From Candidatus Binataceae bacterium (GTDB taxonomy: Bacteria > Desulfobacterota > Binatia > Binatales > Binataceae), in NCBI GenBank assembly GCA_963722605.1, contig CAVRNO010000004.1, positions 410,335 through 474,334 on the forward strand: 64,000 nt of DNA, given 5' to 3'. Both the position numbers and the translations under genes were made by a program. The first letter of the stretch is position 1; every line of letters begins with the position of its first letter. Below are positions 9,630 to 18,994 of the stretch, piece after piece. The notes under the pieces are model-generated. The model was not told the origin of the DNA, searched no databases, and saw only the letters and a program-made list of their open reading frames with translations.

Positions 9630-10096
9630 CGCCGATGCCACGCCAGCCATCGGTTGCGCGGCGAAAACCCAAGCCGGATGCGCGCGCGACGATGCCGCTG
9701 TTCCCCGAGCGGGGGCTCAAGATCGGCGAAGCAGCGCGCGCGCTTGGGGTCGAGACCTACGTGCTGCGTTTCTGGGAGACCCAGTTTCCATTTCTGAAAC
9801 CCCGGCACACCCGCACCAAGCATCGCTTCTACAATGAAAAGGACCTCGACGTGCTGCGCCTGATCAAGCGCCTGCTGCACGACGAAGGCTTCACGATCGC
9901 GGGCGCGAACAAGCACATCAAGGAATTCGGAATCGAAGCCTTAATGAGCGGCAAGCCGGTGGCAAAGCCAGCACCGCCGCCGCCGCAATCGGAGCGCACG
10001 CCTCATCGCCCCGCCGGAATCGACGGCCAAGCCCGCCGCGCACTCAACGAGGTGCGCCGCGAACTCGAATCAATCCACAAAATTTTAGAAGACTGA
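9626..10096 (+). CDS. MerR-family transcriptional regulator
   Basis: …GLKIGEAARALGVETYVLRFWETQFPFLKP… HTH_MerR; ATGA-coupled to ihfA. Alternative start at 9692 (MPLFPERGLKIG…). Confidence 0.8.
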   Translation: MTPMPRQPSVARRKPKPDARATMPLFPERGLKIGEAARALGVETYVLRFWETQFPFLKPRHTRTKHRFYNEKDLDVLRLIKRLLHDEGFTIAGANKHIKEFGIEALMSGKPVAKPAPPPPQSERTPHRPAGIDGQARRALNEVRRELESIHKILED

Positions 10097-10125
10097 GCAG
10101 CGCCCTGCGGTCGCCTACTTTTTGT

Positions 10126-10155
10126 GTCATCCCGACCGAAGTGGAGGGACCCCGG
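10126..10155. repeat. left terminal inverted repeat of retron island
   Basis: gtcatcccgaccgaagtggagggaccccgg; 27 of 30 identical to the reverse complement of 12561-12590. Confidence 0.6.
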
Positions 10156-10486
10156 ATCCGGATCTGCGTATGATCCGCGCTGAGATACCTCGCCCGTTAT
10201 TTTCACGGGAGAGGCGGCCGGCCGCCTTGCGGCCGGTAGGTGAGGGTGCAGCCGGCGAATGCTGACTCCCCTCGCGGCGCGATTTTGTGGTGCGGCGCGC
10301 ATTGCGCGCCCGTGACCGACGCGAAACTGGCTTTTCGGGCGATTTCGTGGGAGGCCAACTGTGCCCCCGCGGCGCCGGAAACACCGTGTGAACAAAACCG
10401 GCTTGGCACCTTGCAGAGGCAGGCCGTTGGGTCTGTAGCGGAGCTGGGCATCGGAGAGTCGAAACGGAAGTTCCGGCTTGCTCCAC

Positions 10487-10515
10487 TTGACGCGATACAT
10501 TCCAATTCGTATTCT
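10487..10515 (+). promoter_or_regulatory. sigma-70-type promoter of retron operon
   Basis: TTGACG-17 nt-TATTCT, predicted TSS ~10522 right at the a1 repeat. Confidence 0.45.
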
Positions 10516-10520
10516 CGTCT

Positions 10521-10676
10521 CGCTCTTAGCTGGGTTCCCGTTGACGAAACGCGAGCCTTATGCCGGGCGATTCGCCAGGCTGTTATGTATTGACCGTCAT
10601 GCTGCGGGCGGGTTTCTCACCCCGCCGAGCACGCTCAGCCGGGCTGAGAAACCCGCCGCGCTCAAAGTAAGAGCAA
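10521..10676 (+). ncRNA. candidate retron msr/msd ncRNA
   Basis: Between promoter and effector ATG. 5' cGCTCTTAg (10521-10529) can pair with 3' gTAAGAGCa (10667-10675) as a1/a2. Stem-loop GCCGGGCGattCGCCAGGC at 10562-10580. A 13 bp perfect stem GGCGGGTTTCTCA/TGAGAAACCCGCC (10607-10657) with a structured 25 nt interior, msd-like. Confidence 0.3.
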
Positions 10677-10678
10677 CG

Positions 10679-11269
10679 ATGAGCCACCCGTTCGATCATC
10701 CGGCGCTGTCCAAGCCTTTGGACAGCGCGATCAATGCCTTCAAAACAAAACGGGTTTCCTTACTTCAAGGAGCCAAGCTTATGTTCGTTTGTGGCGGGCC
10801 TACCGACTCGGTCCCGCCTACTGTACGGCAGAAGTTTCTTGATTGGGCGGCCACCAACATGCCTAATTGGAAGATGTTCTTGGCCGAGAAGGCCGCGGAA
10901 GATGCGCTCTCCAACACCAACCCGCCCCCTCTCAGACTCGCCAAATTCGAAGAATTTCTTGGCAGAGTTGCCGACTGTGTGATCGTATTCCCAGAATCGG
11001 TTGGGTCTTTTGCGGAGACGGGCTACTTCTCAGCCAAGCCCAAGGCCCTCGATAATATCTTGATCGTAAACTCCGACTCTGACGCTGGGCAAAGCAATTC
11101 ATTCCTTAACCGTGGGCCGATTGACGAAATCGAGCGAATCCCAACTAATAAGAAACTCGCGTTGGACTTCGCTGCAAACCCGCCAAACTTTTCACTCATA
11201 AAAGCGCGTCTCGAGGGAGTCCTCCCAAACGGAGGACCGGGGTCTCCATGGAGTCCTTCAAAGGTTTAA
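10679..11269 (+). CDS. retron effector, nucleoside 2-deoxyribosyltransferase-like (SLOG/NDT superfamily) protein
   Basis: 196 aa from MSHPFDH… inside ORF 10478..11269. …LMFVCGGPTDSV… glycine-rich motif and …VIVFPESVGSFAETGYFSA… matching the DSGTAFEIGYA catalytic-Glu motif of NDT. Sits immediately upstream of a retron RT, as for RcaT in retron Sen2. Confidence 0.6.
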   Translation: MSHPFDHPALSKPLDSAINAFKTKRVSLLQGAKLMFVCGGPTDSVPPTVRQKFLDWAATNMPNWKMFLAEKAAEDALSNTNPPPLRLAKFEEFLGRVADCVIVFPESVGSFAETGYFSAKPKALDNILIVNSDSDAGQSNSFLNRGPIDEIERIPTNKKLALDFAANPPNFSLIKARLEGVLPNGGPGSPWSPSKV

Positions 11270-11336
11270 GGGGCGTCGAGCAATTGGCGTTTTTGCTTTA
11301 CCTCTTCGGTTATTCCCGTCCCTCGACCTGGAAGGT

Positions 11337-12532
11337 ATGAAGCGAATTTTTCAGTCGGTATTTGGCACAGGAGGCTGGGATATTAAACGCGTGAGCCACC
11401 TCTTGTCCATCCTCGTCTCGGCGAAATACGTCGACCATCTGGCAGCCGATAACGACTATTATCATTTATCGGACCGCGCCGTCTCCACCATCGTTGATAG
11501 AGATCGTAGGCATAAACCCAGTCAACTGCTAATCCAACATCTCGATATTTATTCACGATATTTCCGACTTTGGTGCCTGCATAAAGAACTGCTGATGTTA
11601 GCTAACGTCCTAGCCGGAAAGACTGGTGTAACTGCTTTGTATATAGAGCAGCTAGCACGCTCGGCTAGTCATTTTTATAAGGTCTATACTATTGATAAGC
11701 GTAATGGTGACAGAAAAGGATCATCCAGCAGCCTTCGCGCGCACTCAAATTTCTCCAGCGCTGGATTGTCGCCAATGTTATACAAGATATTCCGATCCAT
11801 ACCGCCGCGGCGGCGTACGTAAAGGGCAGCAGCATTAGGCTGCATGCTGAGCGGCATGTTGCGAACAACTACCTTTTGAGGTTGGATTTTCAGCGGTTTT
11901 TCCCTTCGATTAAGGTGATCGACATAAGACGACATCTCGTTAAAAATCGGCCGTAGCTTCACTTTGTCGAGGACAGCGATATTGAGCTACTGGTCGCCGC
12001 AGTTACTCGCAGCGGTGGGCTAGTGATCGGCGCACCATCGTCGCCTGCCTTGTCGAATCAGATTATGTTTCAATTTGACGATCTCTTACACCGATGGTGT
12101 GCTGACTCAAACGTGACGTATTCGAGGTATGCTGACGATTTATATTTCTCCACTCGCATGCCTGGCGTCTTGGACGGTGCTCGCGAAAAGGTCGTGGAGC
12201 TTTTGAATTCAATAGACTACCCGCGGCTCCGCTTAAACGACGATAAAACGGTTCACACCTCACGGAAGAAGAAGCGGCTGGTCACAGGGTTGTCGCTTTC
12301 CTCTGACGGAAAGGTTTCATTGGGAAGAGAGAAGAAGCGCGAGATACGAAGCAGGATACATAAGCATGTCGTCGCAGGCTTGGAATCGGAAAAGCGGGCT
12401 TATTTGGCTGGCTACCTCGCATATGCGCGCTCCGTGGAACCACAGTTTATCGCTAGCTTGGACGGAAATACGGTCCAGAGACCGATGCGGGCTGTGATGA
12501 AGATGTCCCAGCCTCCAAGGTCTGGGCACTAG
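11337..12532 (+). pseudogene. retron-type reverse transcriptase, disrupted (frameshift at A4 run 11714-11717 plus in-frame TAG 11954-11956)
   Basis: Three collinear pieces align with Ec86/Ec67-class retron RTs. Frame 0 reaches …YKVYTIDKRNGD. Frame 2 carries KRIIQQPSRALKFLQRWIVANVI…GSSIRLHAERHVANNYLLRLDFQRFFPSI… up to the TAG. After the TAG comes …ELLVAAVTRSGGLVIGAPSSPALSNQIM…VTYSRYADDLYFS…NDDKTVHTSRKKKRLVTGLSLS…LGREKKREIRSRIHKH. One extra A in agaaaagga restores GDRKRIIQQPSRAL. A likelier true start is M at 11595 (MLANVLAGK…). Confidence 0.8.
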
Positions 12533-14897
12533 TAAAGCGCCCGACCTTTCGGGCGAGTACCCGGGGGCGCTCCGCTTCGGTCGGGATGACAAAGGAACGA
12601 GCGACGCAAAGAAAAAGATCCGGGATTCTTCGCTTCGCTCTAGAATGACACGGGCGCGGCGCATCGGGCGACGCAAAGAAGAAGACTGAAGAAACTAGTC
12701 GGAGAGGCGGTCTTGCGAAGCCAATTGGGCGGGGGCGGGGTTGCGGGCGGCGGCGGTATCTTTTGCGACGGAAGGCTGGGCGTATCAGAACGCCTAGCGG
12801 GGCTAGATTTAGTTCGGTTGCGCAATGCTCGGTGGCGCGATGGGCGGTGCGGCCGGCTTCTATCATTTCGGATGCTATGCATACCGCGCCGGCTATCGTG
12901 AGCGCGCCCAGGCCAAGCGCTATCTCGGGCAATCCCGCTATCGCGGCGAATCCCGCGCTTAGCGTGCCCGCCGCCAGAGCTATCTTGGTCATTCGAGTGG
13001 ATTTGATCCGCACCAGCACGCGGTTGGTGACTTTGCCCGCCTCGTGCTCTTCGTCGGCGGTCTTGAGTTCGATTCGGGTCCACGGATTGAGCCGTAGTTC
13101 GAGGTCGTAGTCGTTCCATCCGGGATCGACGATCGGGCCGTAGCCGCTGCGCGCGAACAGCTTGAGCATCCTGTCGATCAGGCGGTCGCGGGTGATGCTT
13201 TCGTTGTTCCAATAGTCCAGCCGGATGGTGCGCCTTAGCCAGTGGATGGTTGGGCGTTGGCGCACGCCGCTTTCGCCGGCGAGTGCGGTCAGGGCTTTCG
13301 CCCGCGTTTTGTAGCGCGTCATCGTTCGCACCATCGGGCCCGTGTAAGCAAGATACGCGATCAGAAGCCGCGCGGTGAGACTTTCGTGAGATTTTTCGAG
13401 CGGCGCATGCCACGCATAGTAGAGCGCCCAAATCGGCCCTAACGCGAGCATCGCAGCCGCGGGAACGATCGAGACGCCGAGTACGATCGACGCGGCGATC
13501 GCGATTGCGGAGAGCATCGTCCATTCGAGCGTCTGCGGGAGAACCATCGCCAGGGTAAGTCCGGGATCGGAAAGCGTCTGCGCGCCGGCGGTCGCGTTTT
13601 TCCACATCACGCGCATCCTGCTCCCGCCGGGAATGGTGCGCGCCAGGCCGGGAATCACCCCGCGCCACGCGATTTGGCCGAGCAGGTTGAAGCGCTCGGG
13701 ATATTTCGGAAAGAGCATCGCCTCGGCGCGTCCGTAGCCGCGCTGCTGTCCGTAGTAAGCCTTGATCGTGTTGCGGCGGAAGTGCCAGACGAAGGCGGCC
13801 GGCGAAAAACCGAGCTTGAAGCCGGCGTCGAGCATCCGCCAGCAGATGTCAACGTCGTCGCCGGCGGCGGTGAACTGCGGATCGAAGCCGCCGATTTTTG
13901 CGAGCGCCGCCTTGGCGAAGAGCATGTTGCATCCCGCCAGATGCTCGGCGCGATCGTCGGCGACCAGCACGTGGCACGGGGCGCCGGGCGAAGCGGCGCA
14001 ACTGGCTTCGATCCATCCGTCTTCGTGCGGCGCGTAGTTGGGACCGCCGCATCCGTCGAAGTTGTTTTCGACCATCGAGCGGACCGCCAGCGTCAGCCAA
14101 TGCGGATCGACGACGCAATCGGAATCGGTGTAGGCGATAATTTCGCCGCGCGCCGCCTGCATCCCGACGTTGCGCGCAACGGCGAGGCCCTTGTTGGGCT
14201 GGCGAATGAGGCGGAACTCGGGAAAATCCGTGGAGATGAGAGCGGTGCGATCGCGCGAGCCGTCATCGACGATGATGACCTCGAAATTGGGGTAGTCGAG
14301 GCGGCGCAGCGACTCGAGGCAATCGCGCATGGTGCGCTCGGCGTTGTAGGCGCAAATGACGACGGAGACCATCGGCATCCTGGGCGGCCGCGGCGGGCAG
14401 GTGCCGTTGAGGGTGACGAAGGGCATCAGCTCCGACGCGCGCATCATGCGCACGCCAAGCCAGTCGTGAGAAACCGGAGCAGGAACGGGCGGAGCAACCA
14501 CGCCAGCCGCACCCGTGCCAAACGCCACTGCGACCGCTTCGTCCTGCCCCGGCGATGCATGTTTGAATTCGATCACCACCGGCCGCGCTTCGGCGAGGTT
14601 GTGCAAGGCGACGACGAAGTCTCGAATCTGGACCGGCTCGAGCGCGGGAATTTCGGCGTAAAGAAAATCCTGTTCCAGGATTGAAAGGGCGCGGGTTTCC
14701 GGCCGGACCTTTATTCCGACAATCGCGCCGGGGGCGTATTCCTTGATCGTGTTGACGACGGCGCGCATCCGCCGCCGCGCGTTTTCGAGTCCGCCCGCGC
14801 GCAGCGCGTCCTGGCCGATCTCGCAATCGAGGATGTAACCGGCGAGCGCAGGATGCCTTCCAAAAATGTTTGCAGTATGCGCGATTCGCGAGAGCAC
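12453..14897 (-). CDS. membrane GT2-family glycosyltransferase (polysaccharide synthase-like), 3' end chimeric with island sequence
   Basis: …MPMVSVVICAYNAERTMRDCLESLRRLDYPNFEVIIVDDGSRDRT…DSDCVV…QQRGYGRAE… GT-A fold with D, DxD and Q(R/Q)xRW-like motifs, then multiple TM helices. The last ~80 codons (12453-12700) are read from low-GC island DNA antisense to the RT. The N-terminal ~185 aa before MPMVSVV is of unclear status. Confidence 0.7.
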   Translation of the reverse strand: MLSRIAHTANIFGRHPALAGYILDCEIGQDALRAGGLENARRRMRAVVNTIKEYAPGAIVGIKVRPETRALSILEQDFLYAEIPALEPVQIRDFVVALHNLAEARPVVIEFKHASPGQDEAVAVAFGTGAAGVVAPPVPAPVSHDWLGVRMMRASELMPFVTLNGTCPPRPPRMPMVSVVICAYNAERTMRDCLESLRRLDYPNFEVIIVDDGSRDRTALISTDFPEFRLIRQPNKGLAVARNVGMQAARGEIIAYTDSDCVVDPHWLTLAVRSMVENNFDGCGGPNYAPHEDGWIEASCAASPGAPCHVLVADDRAEHLAGCNMLFAKAALAKIGGFDPQFTAAGDDVDICWRMLDAGFKLGFSPAAFVWHFRRNTIKAYYGQQRGYGRAEAMLFPKYPERFNLLGQIAWRGVIPGLARTIPGGSRMRVMWKNATAGAQTLSDPGLTLAMVLPQTLEWTMLSAIAIAASIVLGVSIVPAAAMLALGPIWALYYAWHAPLEKSHESLTARLLIAYLAYTGPMVRTMTRYKTRAKALTALAGESGVRQRPTIHWLRRTIRLDYWNNESITRDRLIDRMLKLFARSGYGPIVDPGWNDYDLELRLNPWTRIELKTADEEHEAGKVTNRVLVRIKSTRMTKIALAAGTLSAGFAAIAGLPEIALGLGALTIAGAVCIASEMIEAGRTAHRATEHCATELNLAPLGVLIRPAFRRKRYRRRPQPRPRPIGFARPPLRLVSSVFFFASPDAPRPCHSRAKRRIPDLFLCVARSFVIPTEAERPRVLARKVGRFTSAQTLEAGTSSSQPASVSGPYFRPS
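12561..12590. repeat. right terminal inverted repeat of retron island
   Basis: ccgggggcgctccgcttcggtcgggatgac; reverse complement is gtcatcccgaccgaagcggagcgcccccgg. Confidence 0.6.
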
Positions 14898-15517
14898 GGA
14901 TTTCCATCCGCGGCGGCGCGCAAGCTCATCGGCGGTGATTCTCGAGCTCGACCATCGCGACCAGTCCCGACTGGGCCGCGATGTCCATGCAGGGCTGCGA
15001 CTGCGCCTCGGTCAGGACGACGCCGGTGGTGTGCGCGGCTCTGAGATCGTCGAACCGCTTTCTCAGTTTGAGCTTGTGGGCGAAATCGAGGGTTGCGCCG
15101 ACGCCGTCGAGGCGCATCGCCTTGAAAAAGAACTTCTGTCCTGCGCGGGAAAGGAACTTACCGTGCGGGGTGACGTGTTGTGGCTGAACAGGACCGGAAT
15201 TGGCAAGCATCTGATGTAGGCGTCCTCTGGATCAGGAACCAAGTGCCAAAGCCATGCCATCGGGAAAGTCCAGCGATTATGGGGCTTTTTCGGCGAACCT
15301 CCGCCTCGCACAAACCAATTGGGATGAGCCGTGTACGTTTTGCGCGCCGGGCGGGACCGGGAGCGAGGGGTTCGCAGGGTGCAAAATCAGGCAGGATGCC
15401 GTCGTGATATACACGCATGCCGCCCGGATAGACACCGCTAGATTGGTTATTTTGCGAATGTTATACGTCAGTGGTTGAGATGCTAACGCAAGAATCCTTC
15501 CACCGGGTTTTACCGCA

Positions 15518-17251
15518 ATGAAACTATCGCTCACTTGTGGATGCCGGGGCCCCTCGAAGCTCGAACGAAAGCGTCAAACGACCGACGCGCCAATCGAGGC
15601 CACTGCCGAAGAACTGCAGGCGATGAGGGAGCAGCTCGCTGAGATCGAGCAATCGCTCTCGCGGCTATGGGGTCCGACAATCTGGAGCCGCACGCCCGAG
15701 TGCATCCAGATTCGCGCCGAGGCGGCGGATCTGATCGACCGGCACTTCGACGGGATCGTCGAACAGTGGGGAGATTCGATAGACGTCATCATCGACGGCC
15801 ATTCCAGTTACGACGAGAAGGGGCGCAGAGCGAGTTTGGCCAATGCGCTGATCCGGCTGGTCGATCATCTGCGCGATCCCGACGACATTTGCACCTACGT
15901 TTATCTGCGCCGGCATTGCCAGGAGGGGATGCTGGCGCGGGCCAAACCGTCGCAGTTCAACACCATCCACATCGCGCTCAAGCAAATAATTCTCAATCAC
16001 GTAAAATCCACGATGACCGGTCCGGCGATGGAACGGGTGCGCGACCTGGTGGTCGCGGCGATCGACGAGCGCCGCCTGATGGTCTCGCAGTTCTACATCG
16101 AGTCGCGCGAACGGCTGCTGCGCGAATCCGAAGAGAAGTACCGCAACACGATCGACCACGCGCCGGATCCAATGTACGAGATCGAACCGTACACCTGGAT
16201 CGTGACCGGGATGAATGCGGCTGCGCATCAGCTCGATGCTACGGTGGACGAATCGGGCGAGTATGGGGCGGTGATCGGGCGTCCGCTGCCGGATTGCGTA
16301 CCGCCGGAGGTGAGGGGGAAAGTTATCGAGAGCCTGGAGGCGGGCGTGGTCCCGGTTTTGCACCAGGGATCGACGAAGATCTCGGAGTTTCCGCTCGGGC
16401 CGTTTTTCTTCGACGTAAACTCCGCGCTCATCACTTACGGCAAGAAGCAATTCGTGCAGATGATCCTGCGCGACGTCACGCAGCGGCGCGACATGCTCGA
16501 CTCGCTGATCAAGGCCGAGCGATTGGCGGCGGCGGGCACCTTTGCGGCGGGCGTGGCGCACGAGGTGAACAACCCGCTGGCGTCGATCTCATCGCTGGTT
16601 CAATCGCTGCTGAGCGGCGAGAACGATCCCCAGCGGCGCACCTCGCTGCACACCATCCTGTCCCAGATCACGCGGATTTCGAGCACGCTCAAGGATCTGA
16701 TGAATTTCGCGCGACCCACCACCGCGCAGCGCAAGGCGATCGACGTAAACGGGCTCGTCGCCGAGACGCTGCGGCTGGTCAGCTACAACAAACGCTTCAG
16801 CGGCATCCGGATTGAACCGATTCTTGCACCCGATCTGCGCCGGGTGTTCGCCGACGACAACGAAATTCAGCAGGTGCTGCTCAATCTGCTGTTCAACGCC
16901 GCCGACGCCTCGCCCGCCGAGGGGGCCGTGATCAAGGTGATCACGGAGAACCAGCGGGCGGGACAGGGCGCGGACAAATCGCGCCGGGTGGTAATCAAGG
17001 TGGTGGACAACGGGATCGGAATCCCGCGCGAACATCTGGAACGCGTGTTCGATCCGTTCTTCACCACCAAGCCCGCGGGCGCCGGGGTCGGACTGGGACT
17101 GTCGCTATGCCAGCGGATGATCCTGGCCAATCAGGGCACGATTCGGGTTGACAGCGAGGTCGGCCGCGGCACCGCAGTCACGATCACGCTGGCGGCGGCA
17201 GCCGAGGATTCGGCGCGCGTGGAACCCGCGGCGAGCATGGCCGCGTCCTGA
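15518..17251 (+). CDS. cytoplasmic PAS-domain sensor histidine kinase
   Basis: …AAGVAHEVNNPLASISSLVQSL… H-box, …LLNLLFNAADAS… N-box, …VVDNGIGIP…GAGVGLGLSLCQRM… G-boxes; no TM segments. Confidence 0.85.
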   Translation: MKLSLTCGCRGPSKLERKRQTTDAPIEATAEELQAMREQLAEIEQSLSRLWGPTIWSRTPECIQIRAEAADLIDRHFDGIVEQWGDSIDVIIDGHSSYDEKGRRASLANALIRLVDHLRDPDDICTYVYLRRHCQEGMLARAKPSQFNTIHIALKQIILNHVKSTMTGPAMERVRDLVVAAIDERRLMVSQFYIESRERLLRESEEKYRNTIDHAPDPMYEIEPYTWIVTGMNAAAHQLDATVDESGEYGAVIGRPLPDCVPPEVRGKVIESLEAGVVPVLHQGSTKISEFPLGPFFFDVNSALITYGKKQFVQMILRDVTQRRDMLDSLIKAERLAAAGTFAAGVAHEVNNPLASISSLVQSLLSGENDPQRRTSLHTILSQITRISSTLKDLMNFARPTTAQRKAIDVNGLVAETLRLVSYNKRFSGIRIEPILAPDLRRVFADDNEIQQVLLNLLFNAADASPAEGAVIKVITENQRAGQGADKSRRVVIKVVDNGIGIPREHLERVFDPFFTTKPAGAGVGLGLSLCQRMILANQGTIRVDSEVGRGTAVTITLAAAAEDSARVEPAASMAAS

Positions 17252-17264
17252 GAATCGGACTGCG

Positions 17265-18689
<1,425 letters not shown>

Positions 18690-18778
18690 GAGGGCCACCG
18701 CGTAGGCGTGGCAATCCGGCGGTCAAGGATATAGACTTTTAGCGGGCTGGCTGCATGGCGGCGGGCCCGGAGAAAAAT

Positions 18779-18994
18779 ATGGATCTGTTTGCGCCAACTC
18801 ACCTGCTGATCATTCTGCTGATCATTTTGGTCATCTTCGGGCCCAGCAAGCTCGGCGATGTCGGCGGCGCGATGGGCAAAGCGATTCGCGATTTCAAGCG
18901 CGCGATGAACGAGCCCGACGATGCGGCCAAGACGGTCGCGAAGACCGACGACGCCAAAGCGGCAGAGGCCGCAAAGCCCGACAAGATTTCCTGA
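18779..18994 (+). CDS. tatA: twin-arginine translocase subunit TatA/E
   Basis: MDLFAPTHLLIILLIILVIFGPSKLGDVGGAMGKAIRDFKRAM… single TM plus amphipathic helix, acidic tail. Confidence 0.8.
   Translation: MDLFAPTHLLIILLIILVIFGPSKLGDVGGAMGKAIRDFKRAMNEPDDAAKTVAKTDDAKAAEAAKPDKIS

Larger units (their letters stand above)
10126..12590 (+). mobile_element. TIR-bounded lower-GC island carrying a Sen2/Eco1-like (type II-A) retron: promoter, ncRNA, NDT-like effector, RT
   Basis: Imperfect inverted repeats at both ends; AT-richer core 10440-12700 inside a GC-rich locus; a retron RT and an NDT-like effector gene in the order ncRNA-effector-RT; no transposase inside. Confidence 0.45.

Noticed and set aside
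10404-10420. TGGCACcTTGCA sigma-54-like motif upstream of retron
   Set aside because: GG to GC spacing is 4 nt short of the -24/-12 consensus. A sigma-70 promoter 70 nt downstream is the better fit.
10003-10593. Several overlapping 100-165 aa ORFs on both strands (10003..10500, 10127..10486, 10203..10505, 10240..10593)
   Set aside because: They fall in the GC-rich structured leader inside the left inverted repeat. Mutually overlapping, low-complexity and without an RBS, so probably non-coding.
12640-14684. Long alternative-frame ORFs (12640..13668 minus, 13674..14684 plus, 13849..14118 and others) within the GT2 gene
   Set aside because: Arg/Asp/Pro-rich shadows of the GT2 coding frame.
14926-15210. 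94-aa minus-strand ORF just upstream of the GT2 ORF, possibly joining its N-terminal 185 aa by a frameshift into a ~280 aa TIM-barrel-like protein
   Set aside because: No recognisable motif strong enough to call. It may be a separate small gene, an N-terminal GT2 domain, or non-coding. Left unannotated.
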